Positions 24,000 through 38,418 are shown, counted from the first letter of the stretch. The stretch: 64,000 bases of DNA from Trichosphaerium sp. ATCC 40318 (GCA_038496445.1 JALMLS010000322.1:930001-994000), one strand, 5' to 3'. Program-made: numbers and translations. Notes: generated by a model from the sequence alone, not told the origin.

Positions 24000-25935
24000 A
24001 TGGTACGCGACGCGTTTGACATTGACACTTTGATAGTGTTGACGTGACCACGTGTCATAACTTTTTGTCATTAGAACTTTGGTGCCAAATTATGTTTCAT
24101 GTTAGCGTTAGTATTTATGTCATCTATATTGTTGTGTTATAGCATGGGAAGAAACTCAGTGCGCTCTAGAGAAGTTTAACATTAAACTCGTATTTTGTTT
24201 ACCAAAATCCCAAAACCTTATTTCTACACTCTTGTTTTGGCGTCAACCTCCTCGATAACTATTTTCCTCTTGGCGTAAATGGTGATTTATTTTGAAATCG
24301 CGAATTAAATATCCACGTTGTAGCTAATTTACTTGATCACGTGACTTCCGATTTTACCTAAAATTATATTTTGATTTTATCGGCATCAAACTAAAGAATT
24401 CTTGTAGGTTTTACAATCGGAGCTTCAAAAAAGTCGTAGTGACAACGTACAATTACATACTGAGATTGCTATGCTGAGAGCTAGTTACGCTGACATACAA
24501 AAAGTACATGAGAACATTTACCTAATCAACCTTTTATATGAATCACGTGATGACTTCAAATACCGTTTATTTTTGTTTTTTCTGTTGTGTTTTTTCTAAC
24601 ATCGGTAATAGGAGCTTTCCAAGTTAACGACAAAGGAACCTGAAACCATGTTACCAGAAACAAAGGAAACTGATTCCGAGTGCACTAGGAACGACACTTT
24701 TAGTTGCATGAAGAAATTGTATGCATATGAAAACCCTGTTCTAGACTATGAAGTATGTACTTATCAACCTTGTAACAATGATGTAATTGAGGGTTGTATT
24801 TAGGACAAGAAAGATATTGTATCACGGTATGCTGTGTTACCTGATGAGATCTACAACTGGACAAAGTTGAGAGAAGAACAAGAACATCTCATTCAACATT
24901 TAAAACCATTTGGATCAGAACCTATGTACAACTACAACAATAATATGGTTGGAGGTCTTGATCAATGGACATTGTACACAATGACACGTTACTTCAAGGT
25001 ACTCAAATCATCTATTATTAAGTGGCAAAGTGATGTTTAAGTAACATTGATTTACAGCCAAAACGAATAATAGAGATTGGAAGTGGATTCTCAACACGAG
25101 TCTTACATCAAGCAATGCTTGCAAATAGAAAAGAAGGATATCAGACAAACATCACATGTATTGAGCCATTTAGATCATCTGAACTAACAGAAGAACTAAA
25201 AGGAGACGTCAAAGTTATTATTGAACAAGTACAAAAGCATGTACACCCTGTTATTTTCAACTGTGTTAACGATTCTACCAAGTGTCAATGTGAGTGTGTT
25301 TAAAGAATTAGAGCCTGGTGATTTTCTAATCATTGACAACTCTCATGTTATGCAACCATACGGAGATACGATATTGGAGTTCAATTTCATTGTACCACTT
25401 GTACCAAAAGGTACAAGGTGTACACGTAAACAGAGTTTTCTAAATGCGTTTTTGTAGGTACTATTGTCCATTTCCATGATATATTTGTACCATACGACTA
25501 TCCGTCAAGGTGGATGACTGAGAGTAGACAATACACTGAGCAGTACGAATACAATGACACCAAGAAGTCGTTTCTTATCATCGAATTAGGTTCATGTTTG
25601 CCTCATTCATTTATGGCAACTCCCACTTCAAGATTGCACTTTCAGTACACAACATGGATAAACACAGCAGTAAGTACCACCTTTTGTTTCTCTTATTCTT
25701 CTCTGATGTCAATCTTATTTTCTTTTAGAGTATAGAGATGAGATAAGAAAGACCGTCAAGTATCCTGCACTCAGTATCATGAATGGATTAGATAGTGGTA
25801 CGCTTTTACAGCATAAAAAGTATGCTACATATCATGTGATTATTAATATAAACAAAAGGAATGTGGTTGATTAAAGATACATCATTTGATCCAAAGGTTA
25901 AGGTTGTCAGAACAACGCTTCCAATAAAAGAATAA
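24000..25935 (+). CDS. Type II membrane SAM methyltransferase, copy 2
   Basis: Same exon structure as copy 1 and near-identical catalytic exons; one intron needs a GC donor (25237). Confidence 0.85.
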
Positions 25936-26111
25936 CAACACTAACATAGAACCATATTGTGCTAAATGAGAGTTTGGATGAAAAAAAACGGGTGCCTACA
26001 ATGAAGCCAAAAACTTTCATTTTCACAGCCACAACCAGTTAAGTCGGTATTCACCGGTTGGTCGACAGTTTATTTAATGACTACAGCAATTGTATAACTA
26101 GTTGTGTGTTG

Positions 26112-28621
26112 TTAATTGGACATTCCATTGTCTTTTGCCTTCGGTTGCCACAAAGTATAAGGTAAAATAGATTGTCTCAACTTAGGTACAAACCAAATGA
26201 CAAGAACAATAATAACAATCTACAAAGCACATGGGTGAATAAAGAACAAGCTAGAGTAGGTGACATACCATTACAAGAATACCAAATATAATACCTAATG
26301 CCACACCAGTGTTTACTGAAGTGTCGCTCTTGCTGTAGCAAGCTTCAGATGCTGAGGTTATCACAAATATTCTATGTTGTAAGATTAGAGTTATGACCTA
26401 TTCATATATGAGGACTGTACGATGAAAGAGTTTGTTCAATCTGGGCTGATACGCATTCTGGCGATACAAGTGTAATACTGCCGTTTATACAGTTACTGTT
26501 ACTTTGTATTATTTCTCTTCTCATAGTGCCAGTTGTTGTAGAGTTATGATGACTGTTGTATTGGGTAATATCTCAATACATCCTAACTAGTTGGTCATTC
26601 TGTATTGCCATGAATGTATGTACCTTCAACTATAATTGATCCACTTTCTGTTATGGTAAATGCTCCTTGAATAACAAAATCACCACGAATCAATATTTTA
26701 CTATTCACAATTGATGGCACAGTTGGTACATCAAAAACTGAAACAAATCATCAACAATAGTTAAACAATAAAGTCGTACAAAGAGAAGTTCCTTCCTGGC
26801 ATGTGACTATTCAACAAAAGCGGTTAAGTTAAAGAATGATTCGAGAACTGGAGTAACTTACCATTTGTTAAACAACTTGGATAGGAAGTACTAGAATTAT
26901 AATTGGGCCCACAAGTGAAATTACTTGGTGTTGAAGGACACTTAAATATATTTTCATTGGTTTCTAAACACTTAGTTTAAACCCATGTCAAAGAACTGTT
27001 ATCTTTGTTGTGTACCATTGCCAGAACTTTTTGTAAACGTGGTATTTCTGTAGTCAGTAGAGAGTGAGCTATTGTATGTCAAGTGACAATCTCGTACCTT
27101 ATTGTGATGTCATAGCCACCTTCACTCATCAATGCAGGTGAACTCAGAATAGATGAAGTACGTTTACTAAAGCAATCAACACATACACAATACAATGACA
27201 AGGTACTTACATGCATATATTGTCCTCAAACACACAAGAGTCTATCAGCGCAACTGGAGCGAGAGCATCTCGGTTAAACAATACCACAGTTCCAACTATT
27301 TATATTAATTGTAAACTTATATAAGACAGTGTACCATTGCATGTTTCTTCACTTGGTTCAAGCTCTTGTGCAATGTTCCCAATAAAAGTTGAGTTCAAAA
27401 TCTGAACATCATCACTATGCACTATATACAATACTGAAGGCGTCATGTATGCTCCCAACTCTACAAACAAATGTAAAAGATATTATGTGAAGCAGCTCTA
27501 TCGAATTGTTTACCTGGCCGGCTGATAACATTATTCTCGAACGAACATGACTTTATAACAAGCTACCCAAAATAAGATCTAAGTGATACAAAACAAAACA
27601 ATGAACTTGTACCTTTTTTATACTACTAAAAAGAGCAAACCCTCCAGCAACTACATAATGTTAGAAGTAATCAGACTCATGTGTTCGTGTATTGGTGGTA
27701 TTCTAATTATAGTTCACAGCTACCAACAATACATGAATATAAATAAATAACAGTACGAGTTCCAAGGTTTGTATCATTCCCAGTTCTATTATTCTCTACG
27801 AAATGACAGTTCTCTATGTGCACTGTTTCTACTACTGCTATTACTATTCCTATCGGCTGCATACCCGCAGAATGTATACGTGTAAACAATACATTTTTTA
27901 TCATAACTTCGCTATTGGTACTAAGCATAAAAAACAAGAAATCTGAGAATAGCAAGAAAATGATTTTGTTCGAATTCAGCAGACGTCTAGTCCAACAATG
28001 TAATGTCACTTGAGTACTTAAGTACTTGCAATAGGGGTTTTACCTCGCAGACTCAATCACCAAAAATGTTGCGTTCCCTGTGAATACCATGCTTCTAGAA
28101 CAAAACAATGAAATTCCATATTACTGATAATTGATACTTACTCAACGATAACATTATCGAACAAGGTCACTCTCAAGATACATTCCTGTATGGTAAATCC
28201 CGATAATGATATGTTTGCTACTGAAGAAGCCCGCAAATCCGTAAAAAGTACACTGACGCATGTCACAGATACATCTCTCAAGCCTATGGTACATTAAAAT
28301 AGTGAACCTGTGAAAAAACTTTCGTGTTTTATAGTATCACGTGATGACTCACCGTAAATATCAACAGTTTGATTTACTAGAATTGTCTCTTTAAAAAATA
28401 GTCCAGTTGAGTTGAGAACAAGCGTTGTAGGGGCTTCACCAAAATAACAACCCAAGTCAGAGCCACAAACGTGTTCGCTTGAAGTTACAACTAGATGAAA
28501 TAGAATTATATTTTTGCTACCACGCTAAATGAACCAAACAGGTCGTACTTGTGTTTCCATGCGTAGTAGAGGCGAAAGTGAAAATAAGAAACAAAACTGA
28601 GAAGTAGAAATAAAAATCCAT
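26112..28621 (-). CDS. Type I membrane surface protein with probable right-handed beta-helix (pectin-lyase-like) repeats, many exons
   Basis: Signal peptide MDFYFYFSVLFLIFTFAS; repeats such as VHIENCHFVENN, ILNSTFIGN, LIDSCVFEDN; C-terminal TM and tail IVIIVLVIWFVPKLRQSILPY...SN*. Confidence 0.7.
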
Positions 28622-29551
28622 GTTGTAAAGCCTTGCTCAGTAGTGTGATTAGGCTAGAACAACTGTTCATCGTTAGTTTTTCAAACAATCAAGTTACTTT
28701 TTGGTATTTTTATTTGCTTCGAAATGAAACAATACGCACGTGATGCTATTCGTCAAATAAAATGCCAATAATGGCGGGATACGAATATATGAAATGGGTT
28801 TGTCAACTCCTGTTCAGTGATTTGTAACTTGTGAAAGATATTGTATTTTGTATCAAGGATACAACGTAGTTTCTTGCCTTTATAGTAGATAACTCCTGAT
28901 GTCTCAACTTTGGCGGCACAAGTGACAGATGGCGTGAATATTTAGGTTTTACTTTTAGACATCTAGGTTATCACGTCTCTATACTTTTCAACCAAGTTTC
29001 ATAAACTCTTTTAAAAAAGGCTTACCATGATTTGATTAGTATTCTACCCACGTTTACATAGAATCCTTTGCTCTCTCTAAGCGAAGAATGCAAGATCTAC
29101 GGTATTAAACCATTTTGAATGTCTTGAAGTACGATCAGCTCGTGTTCAACCAATTAAAGCCACCATTAAAACTATATGAAAGCGACTTTAAACATGCCCC
29201 ATTGTTTATATACACCTTGCAATCCTGTACTCCAGGCATAGTTCTTTAACACTCAAAATATTTGAAGAACCACATGACATTAGACGTCTCTTATGGAATC
29301 CAGAAAAGTAAATAGTACGTCGGGTTTTTTTTTTCCAAAATCGCTCGAGCTCTTATTTTAAACGCTGAACAAGAATCGATAATTTTACCATCTAGCGTTG
29401 TTTCTTGTTAGTTTTAGATGCAAACGAAACCTGAGGTTTGCTAATTTTCAAGTATCATTAAGTGAAACAAAGCACCTTCTAGAAGGTTCTACCAGAAATA
29501 GCATTGAAACAGCTTTTGGATCGTTCTTTCTTTACAATTTCTATACCATTG

Positions 29552-30432
29552 ATGACCACTACACCAGCGTTTTCCACTGTTCCTGTACGACATGACACTA
29601 AACACGTTTTGGTGCTAATTTTTTTTTTAATTGTAGAGTGATGTCCCACAGTTCAAAGTTGTTCTTTGTGGAGATGGAGGTACAGGAAAGACTACACTTG
29701 TGAAAAGGCATCAAGCAGGTGATTTCGAAAGAAGATACTATCCTACAAGAGGCGCTGAAGTACATCCTTTGACTTGGCATACAACACGTGGTAAAGTAGT
29801 TCTAAATGTATGGGATACAGCTGGACAAGAAAACTTATCTGTGCTACGAGATGCGTATTAGTAAGTCAATAGCTTTTTGTTTCATTAACAATGATACTGA
29901 CTTTTCTTTTAAGTGTTGACGGAGCTGCTGCTCTTATTATGTTCGATGTGACATCTAGAATGACATATAAGCATGTACCTAACTGGTACAAGGATATAGT
30001 AAGGGTATGTGGCAAGATACCAATTGTGATGATGGGAAACAAAGTCGATGTCAAAGACCGCAAAGTACACTTTTTTTTTAAGCGTTTTGACGCTAACTGA
30101 CTTTTTTTTAGGTTAAAGAACGTCAGATAGTTTTTCATAGAAGTAAATCTATTCAGTATTATCCAATATCAGTAAAAGCAAACTACAACATTGAGAAACC
30201 GTTCATACACTTACTTAAAAAATTGTCCAGGTACACACTTTTTTTTGTATTCTTGCTTTAAACTCATTTTCTAACTTGCGGTTTTAGAGATGATTCGCTT
30301 GCCCTTGTTAAAGGTATTGCACTTAATCCACCAAACATTACTTTAACAAAAGAGCAAATAAAAACCCTACAAAATGATTACATTCAAGGCTGCAAAGTAG
30401 TACAACTTCCTGATGACGACGATGATTTCTAA
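29552..30432 (+). CDS. Divergent Ran-family GTPase
   Basis: [55 protein letters not shown], acidic tail LPDDDDDF*; four introns. Confidence 0.9.
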
Positions 30433-30787
30433 CTTTGTCAACAAAATATCTTTAATAAAGTAGATAGTGTCTTTGGATGCTCTAAGCCTTCAGTTGTAAT
30501 TTATGAAGAACGATCAATTGAATGTAATCGCGTATGATTGAGTATAATTGTGTGCGCACCTTCAAGTGCTTAATTCGTCAGTAAGCATGCTATTGGTAAG
30601 CTTAATGGCATGAACCCCTACCTAGAACCTTGATACCCTATGTAATCCAAGAGTTTAGCAAGGACATTGAATGAACACAGGTGCAAGCTGCTTCAGTCTC
30701 TGTTAGGCAAAAAGAAGGTAAACAGTTTGAATCACACGTGTGATCTTTTTTTTTTCTTAGTTTTAAACTGTCAACAGTACATCACGT

Positions 30788-33486
30788 ATGCGCTTTATCA
30801 TTCTGGCGTTATTTTTGGCGCTAACAGTGTCTTGTAACAACGCAGCCAACCCGTTTAGCGAACTTGTCGACATTTTATCTTCAGTTCGCCAAGAAACAAT
30901 AGATAACCCTTTCTCGTTTAACCTTGGCGGTGTCTCGTCTGATGACGTTTTAAACGGATGGTCGCTAACGAATACAACTGAAAAAACCCAAACTACAACG
31001 TGCGAACCACGTGCAGTGGCAGAAAATACCGTTTTCTTTATGCTTACATTAAATATGTAGGAAAACAAGCTTTATCTACGAATCGGCGGCTGGTCTGCAG
31101 TTCTATGTTAACGTAACGACATTCATAAACTATCCAAGTGCTGTAGATTGGGTTGTTGGCTTCAGAAATACTGGTAGCGTTAAAAGCGATGTTATCAGTT
31201 TCCCCAAAACCGCAGTGTTCGCGTATGATACTTCAACCGCTGAAGATGTGACTTTGTACTATCAAGACGGTTCACACGCATCACCTGATGATTACACACT
31301 ACACAATAGAAGCATACACGTGCAAGGTACCGTTTTTATTTTTCAAAAAACTTTTGAGTGATTCTGTGCCACATGTACGCTTTATTGTACACGTGTTGTG
31401 GTGAACCTTGTTTTCTTTCAGTGTCTTAACTTCCTGTAGAGACAGAGGATATTCATAATGAGTATGGACGTCCTAGTGAGAGTGTTCTACCTTTCATGAG
31501 CGTAGAATGGCCAAGTACTGCCTTTAAAGGGTTTGAAGGCTTAACCATCGGTATTGGTTGGGCTAGTCGTTGGCGTGCCAAGTTCGCACGTGATAATTAC
31601 CAACTACAAATATCTGTGGACATTGCCAGTGATATGCAGTTTGTACTCTTTCCAGGAGAACACGTTAGATTTCCTCGTGTTCTTGTCGTATCATGGGAAG
31701 GTGAAGACTTTCAAACCGGCCAAAATATTTTTAGGTAACAAAAAAAAAAAAAGAGTTTTCGCGGCAAGAATCTTACCAACTTCAATAGGCAATTGATGCT
31801 TAATGAATATCTGAGAAAAGTAGATGGAAAAGTAGCTCATCCACCATTATCTTCTATGGCGTATTGGGACGGAAATATGTACGTAGTTTGTTGGTGGAAG
31901 AAGTCAAAGTGCTTTGCTAACTTTTAATTATTTAGCTTTTATCCGCAAGTGAATACCAGTACAGGTTTGGATTTTGTAGCTCTTGCACAAGACCGAAATC
32001 AAGAAGCGCTATGGATTGATTGTTCATGGTTCATTGGAAAGTTCCCTAACGGCGCTGGAAACTGGGCAATACCTCTGAGCGAAGCAGTATGGAAAGGTAC
32101 GATCGCAAAATATTCAGTAAACTGTACTCTGTTGTCATTGATACCCTACAGGATTACAACCGGACGGACTTCATCAAATCGCAGAAAAATGTCATAATCC
32201 TCCTCAAGGAGAGTCTCCTATAAAGTTCATCTTATGGGTTGAGCCAGAACGCATCCACAACGGAACTTGGTATAATTTTTTTTGTCTTTTTTTTTTTTTC
32301 AGACTCGACAGCATTAGAAGTTCTAATGTTTTCATGTTAGGCTTTGGAAAAATAAACCCAACTATCTCTTAAAATGCGGTCAAGCAGAAGACGCCTTGTT
32401 CAACCTTGCTGATCCTGAGGCAAGAGCATACATTAAGACTTTCCTTATTGACATGATTGATTCTTTTGGCTTGGATATTCTACGCATTGATTATAACATT
32501 GATCCACTTTGTTACTGGCAAGCACAAGATGACCTTGATCCTCTTCGAAGAGGTATAACACAACTCAAGGGAGTAATGGTATGGCACTCAGTATTTGATT
32601 TTCTTTTTTTTTTCTCATTTTTTTCATTCATTCGTTTTGTAGGGTTTGTATGATTTATGGGATAGTATTATTGCTGAGAGACCACATGTTATTATAGATA
32701 ACTGTGCTTCTGGTGGTAGACGCATAGAGCTTGAAACAATGAGGCGTTCTATTACTGATTGGCGAACTGACTTCATTTCTGAAGATGGAAACTATGGGAG
32801 GTTCCAAGGTTTACACATGGGCCTTGCCCACTTTCATCCTGCGGCTGCCGGTAAACGATATGTGGCGTCTTACTCTCACATACTAACAGTTTAAAAGGTT
32901 GGACTGGTAAACATACAATTAACGGTATAGATTTCTTGTACGGTGCTGATCCTTACTTGTGGAGATCTACTGTTACTACAGGCACACTTACTTTGTTGTA
33001 TGTAAACCGTTTAACATTCTTTAAGGTGCTGTATTGCCTTGGGACCAACATTTGGATACTCCAGCACAAAGAGTAATTGTTCAAGCTGCTCAGGCCGAAA
33101 CAAGACGCTTGAGACCATTGATGTTATCTGGTAACTTTTGGAGATTGACAAGCGATACAAGAGCCAGGGATGTATATGGTGCCTATCAATACCATTCCAC
33201 TGAAAAGAGTTTTGGCGCAGTTTACTACTTCAGAAGATGTACGTATAAAAGAACCAACTGACAAACACGTGTTCTTAATGAGCTATTTTTAGTGATGTGC
33301 AAAGAAACTTCTTTCTCAGCCAAACTCCGAGAAATAGACGTTAGTGCAACTTACAGTGTTTTGTATTATTATGACTATGACATAAGCAAAAAGGTTTTAA
33401 TGCCTGGTGTGGAATTACAAAATTTGAACGTAACTATAAGCACAAGCCCTGGCTCATTACTACTTGAATACTACTCAACAGAATAA
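30788..33486 (+). CDS. Secreted alpha-galactosidase, GH36-like (clan D), multi-exon
   Basis: Signal peptide; LWIDCSWF, FILWVEPER, FNLADPEAR, DILRIDYN, IDNCASGGRRIELETMRRS...WRTD. Confidence 0.85.
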
Positions 33487-33698
33487 AATGTTCTGAACTA
33501 GTATCAGAATAAAGAGTTTCCAACCTTGCACTTAATACACAAAAAAACTTGTAGCAGAACATGTATCAGGCTTCCAAATTGGAAGACTGTCTTGGCAAGT
33601 AATTTTCGTATTATGTTATATAACCTACAATACTACAGATTCCTTGTATAAGTCCATTGCATCGAGCGTTGCCTTTTTTTTTGCCATGGCAATAAGTC

Positions 33699-35737
33699 AT
33701 GGAAGTTCACTTACACGCGGAGTAAGTAGAATTCAAACCACAGTTTATTTACTTCACCAGCATGGTATCGCAAAGTCCGACATCTTTGTGAGCTCCAACA
33801 TGGCATCTAATTATTACTATAGGAGTAACGGGTTTATTTTTAATTACTACATTAATTTGTATTTACAATGTGGCTGGTCTGCTTGAAATCGAAAGCCCTT
33901 CTAAGATAAAGGGAGAATACGAGTCAGTTGGTCACGTGATCGGATCAATAAAGCAAAAATGGGATATACGAAATATTACGCTAGTACGCAGTGACTTCCT
34001 TGACGTGGCAGGTACGCTTATTTATTGAGTTCTTTCAGGCATAATTTCGATGACTTTTTTTCAGGCAAAGCAGTTATTATAGACAGCGATTTGAACGACT
34101 TTGAGAACCAGTACGTACTGTCATAACATGAATTACGATAAATTAGGAAATTTACACGTGACTTGGACAAATAGCACGTGAAAAAGTCCAAACTGTCTTT
34201 TATTCCAATATTCGAACTTTGTTTTCTTCATTCATTCCGATTATTTCAATAGTGCACTTGATCTTCAGCATAAGGGCGCTGTTCTTATAGTATTGATAGT
34301 TCCCAGTAACGGTGTGAACTTAGGTACAGCATTTTACTTTTGTACGTGATGTACTTATTTATGACTCCAAAGGACTTGTATCCTACCTACTTAGATACCC
34401 TAAAAAGAGTAAAAACTTGAACATTCCAATAGTCACTACGTCGGACGATTTTAACCTATCAATGCTCAATAATTCAGAAAGCGCTTTCGGAACAGTGTAT
34501 CCAGGTACTACATAAACACTTCTAAATTAAGGAGTGTTAACAGTTGAGTTAGACTACAACTCGTATTATGTTCTACTACATCATTGGGCTTACTATCTTG
34601 CTCTTTCCTTGCTTATAGCATATACAATTGTTTGTTTTGGTGTTTCTGTTTGTATTCTATGGAGACATATTCTTTGTATAACCAAACAAAGTGACATCAT
34701 TACAATACCTATTGTTTGTTTGGTGTTTGAAGCAATTGCAAACTTTTGTAAGTCTTTCCTCAGTTTGGCTTTGTCGCTTATATTTTTGTTTTTTTAGTGC
34801 GTATTCTACTGCTTGTCGATCCTTTTCAAGGATTACGCATATACCCCAAGATAGTACAACAGATTTTAATATCAGCGTCATTACCATTCTCTCTGGGGAG
34901 TGCTCTGTTAGTGTCCATGTATTGGTACAGCTCTAGTTATTTCGATAAGATGATAATTTTTTAACTAAATGCTTGGTTTTAAGGCACGAGTCTATCTACA
35001 ACAGGGCGGTCAAGGTTGCAACGTTCTTACAGAAGACAAAGATAGCTTTTATATGTATCATAGTAACGTTATTTATATTCTTTATTCTTTCTGGTGTATC
35101 GACAAGAATAAGCGATGGATTGTCAAGTGCAATAACAGCACTTAATTGGGTAAAGTTCCGATGAAAACACACCAACTTAACGAGTGTATAGACCATAACC
35201 ATCGTATCTATTGGAGTTATAGTTGTATATGGATTGATAGTGTGTCGTACATTAATTATTTTCAGCAAAGATACGACCATTGACTTGCGTAGATTGAACA
35301 TGGCACGTGAACACAAGAATACGATTTAAATATTTTCTGGCGAAACTTATTTTTTTCTTACTTTTCAATAGATGCGTGTTCGTCTGTACACTTTTTGTAC
35401 TCTCCAAGTATTGTTCCTGCTTTCTATACTTGGTGTAGCAACTGTTATACGTACAACTATAAGATTTTCTGGAATAATGTCCATTTATTTTACTGTAGCT
35501 CTTAAAGTAGATGCTGGTTGGCTTGTTGCTTTCGTGATGCTTGAAATTATACTGCTTGATACACTTTCGCTTGTTCAGAGTGTACCATTAAGGAGGACCA
35601 GTAGACGAAAAACACGCACTACACAATACATTACCCGTAATACAAGACGAGATACAAGTCACAGTACAATAGGTGCCACAGAATCTATGACTACTATTCC
35701 ATCAAAAAGCTGCATTAAATCTGCTCAAAACAAATAA
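33699..35737 (+). CDS. PA-domain-containing multi-pass membrane protein (receptor-like); start uncertain
   Basis: Exons LLEIESPSKIKGEY, GKAVII, LQHKGAVLIVLIV, IPIVT (PA-domain pattern), followed by about 5-6 TM segments and a Ser/Thr/Arg-rich tail. Confidence 0.6.
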
Positions 35738-37093
35738 AGAAAATTGTGAAACAATTATGTTGTAACCCAGGTAGCAACTAATTGACCATATTAGGCGTCT
35801 AAATTTGTACAATAAATAGAAATACTGCAGAATTTCGTCTACGCTCCCTGTTTCAAGTACAAAGAAAAGTAAGTTTATTACATCTTTTTACTTTTCACAG
35901 CTCATGTCCAATATCTCTAATCAAAGGTAACGAAATGCAAAGTCTCCTTTAGTTGGAGACTGGGCGCATAAGTTTCGTAATAATTAGCCGTCAAGGACAG
36001 TTTTACAAATACCCTTACAAAGACAGTTGTGCCCAAGCACATATAAATTTTAAGAACAAGGGATTCATTGAATAATGGTTTTTGCCTATCTAAGTCTAAA
36101 CTTCATCAAAGTCGAAGTCAGCTACTTGTCTACCGTTTCAGTCGCAAACGCTCACAATGGTACTGTAGAATAACTACCAAGTACTTAAACATTTCATTTA
36201 GAACTATACCGTCAAACTTTGTTTGGGATTTGCATTCGTCTCAGCAATTCTGTTATACTTTACCACAAGTGGCCATAAAACAGTACGCAACAAAGATTAA
36301 GAATCAGAATAATCTCTTTCGAAACACCTAAAACCCTATTTGGTGTATATACATCGCTATGCATAGACAAACCCAAGGCAATTAGCTGGCAGGTTTTTTC
36401 TCTCAGAGCGATTTTTTTTTTTGAACTTTTGTAGACGAAGCGCTACTACTACAATAGCGCTTGCGTTTAATTCCTCAACAAAAGAATGCTTGTTTTTCGC
36501 ATTTACGGGAGCAATGGCTACCGAGTAGCCAGCTAATTCCAACTCTATGCTGAACTACGTGAGAATGTTCGGGTAGCCTAAAAAGTAAATTGAAGGCTAA
36601 AAGGGTTATTTACTTGCCATTTTGCTGTTTTTCAGAGCGTTGAGTAGAGCTCTAAGAAACGGCTTACCAGTTGTTCCAACCGAAAAAATAAGCCCTCGCT
36701 GAGCTTTGGGAACTTGCACATATCTACTAGCTTTAGACTGACACGATTTGAGGGGTAACGGTCGGGGCTAAGCAGTCTACAAAAATCTGTAGCCAGTTAA
36801 CCAACAACTACAAATTAACAAATTCTGTAGTCGGCTAACCGTTTGTTGTACCATGGCACCACATGCTTTTTAAGTCCTACATGCTGTCAATTACTTTGAA
36901 ATTCGTTTGTGTTCTATACATAGGTCCAAAGCCTTGTATCAAGCTACAAATACAACAATGGTTTGAGTTTTCTTCCCGAATTTTCCTTAGCCTGCAAAAA
37001 CTTAACGGCTATAGCCGTTAGCGACCACCCTTAAAAACATGGATTAACATCAATCTTTTTTATCTACAATCCGGCTCAACTCCTACAAAATAT

Positions 37094-38237
37094 TTGCTTA
37101 CTCTGTGGAAGGCACCTTCGTACATTCCAAAAGTTGGCGGAGACGAAGATGAAGATATTGAAGTTGATTCCACCCTACTTGATTCTCTTAAAATCGAACT
37201 AGAAGAATCTAAAAACAAGAACACAAAACTGCAGCGAGATATTGATTCTCTTTCAAAAATCGGTTCCAAGAAGTGCACTCGAAAGAGCACTTTTAATTGC
37301 ATGAAAAATCTATACGCATACGAAAACCCCGTTCTAGACTATGTGGTATGTATTTATCAACCTTGTAACAATGATATAATTGAGTGTTGTATTTAGGACA
37401 AGAAAGATATTGTATCACGGTATGCTGTGTTACCTGATGAGATCTACAATTGGACAAAGTTGAGAGAAGAACAAGAACATCTTATTCAACATTTAAAACC
37501 ATTCGGATCAGAACCTGAGTATGACTACAAGAATAATATGGTTGGACCTCTTGATCAATGGACATTGTACACAATGACACGTTACTTCAAGGTACTCACA
37601 TCAGTGCTAGTGACGCATGAATTTACATTGTTTTGTAGCCAAAACGGATAATAGAGATTGGAAGTGGATTCTCAACACGAGTCTTACATCAAGCAATGCT
37701 TGCAAATAGAAAAGAAGGATATCAGACTGAGATCACATGTATTGAACCATTTAGAGCACATGAAATAACAGAAGAACTAAGAGGAGATATCAAAGTAATT
37801 AACAAATTAGTACAACGTACGCAGCAACTAGTAAGATTTTTACGTAATGATTCTCAAAGCGTCGATGTGAGTGTGTTTAAAGAACTAGAGCCTGGTGATT
37901 TTCTAATCATTGATAACTCTCATGTTATGCAACCATATGGAGATACGATATTGGAGTTCAATTTCATTGTTCCACTTGTACCAAAAGGTACGAGGTACAG
38001 ATAATAGCTGTTTTCTAAATGTGTTTTGTAGGTACTATTGTCCATTTCCATGATATATTTGTACCATACGACTATCCGTCAAGGTGGATGACCGAGAGTA
38101 GACAATACACTGAGCAGTACGAATACAATTAAAACAATTAAACTTGTTTGTATTAAAAACTCGTTTCTTATCATCGAATTAGGTTCATGTTTTCCTCATT
38201 CATTTATGGTAACTCTCATTTCAAGATTGCACGTTAA
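37094..38237 (+). pseudogene. SAM methyltransferase copy 3, 3'-truncated; probable pseudogene or variant; upstream exons uncertain
   Basis: Near-identical to copies 1 and 2 from about 37270 to 38230, then stop at 38235-38237 with loss of the last exons. Splicing the homologous intron 37817-37859 (43 nt) would frameshift. Confidence 0.65.
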
Positions 38238-38418
38238 GGCACATTAGAAAGTACTTGTGGTGCTGTACATGCTTGTAAGTCAAACTCAATTGATAGTTAG
38301 AAGCGCAACTACAACAATAGAAAAACCCTGAAATCAGAAGTTGTCAATAACTTAAATTGCTTTGTACAAGATGTCTAAGAGTGGCCCTTTAATCATACAT
38401 AATTACATTGTTCAATGC

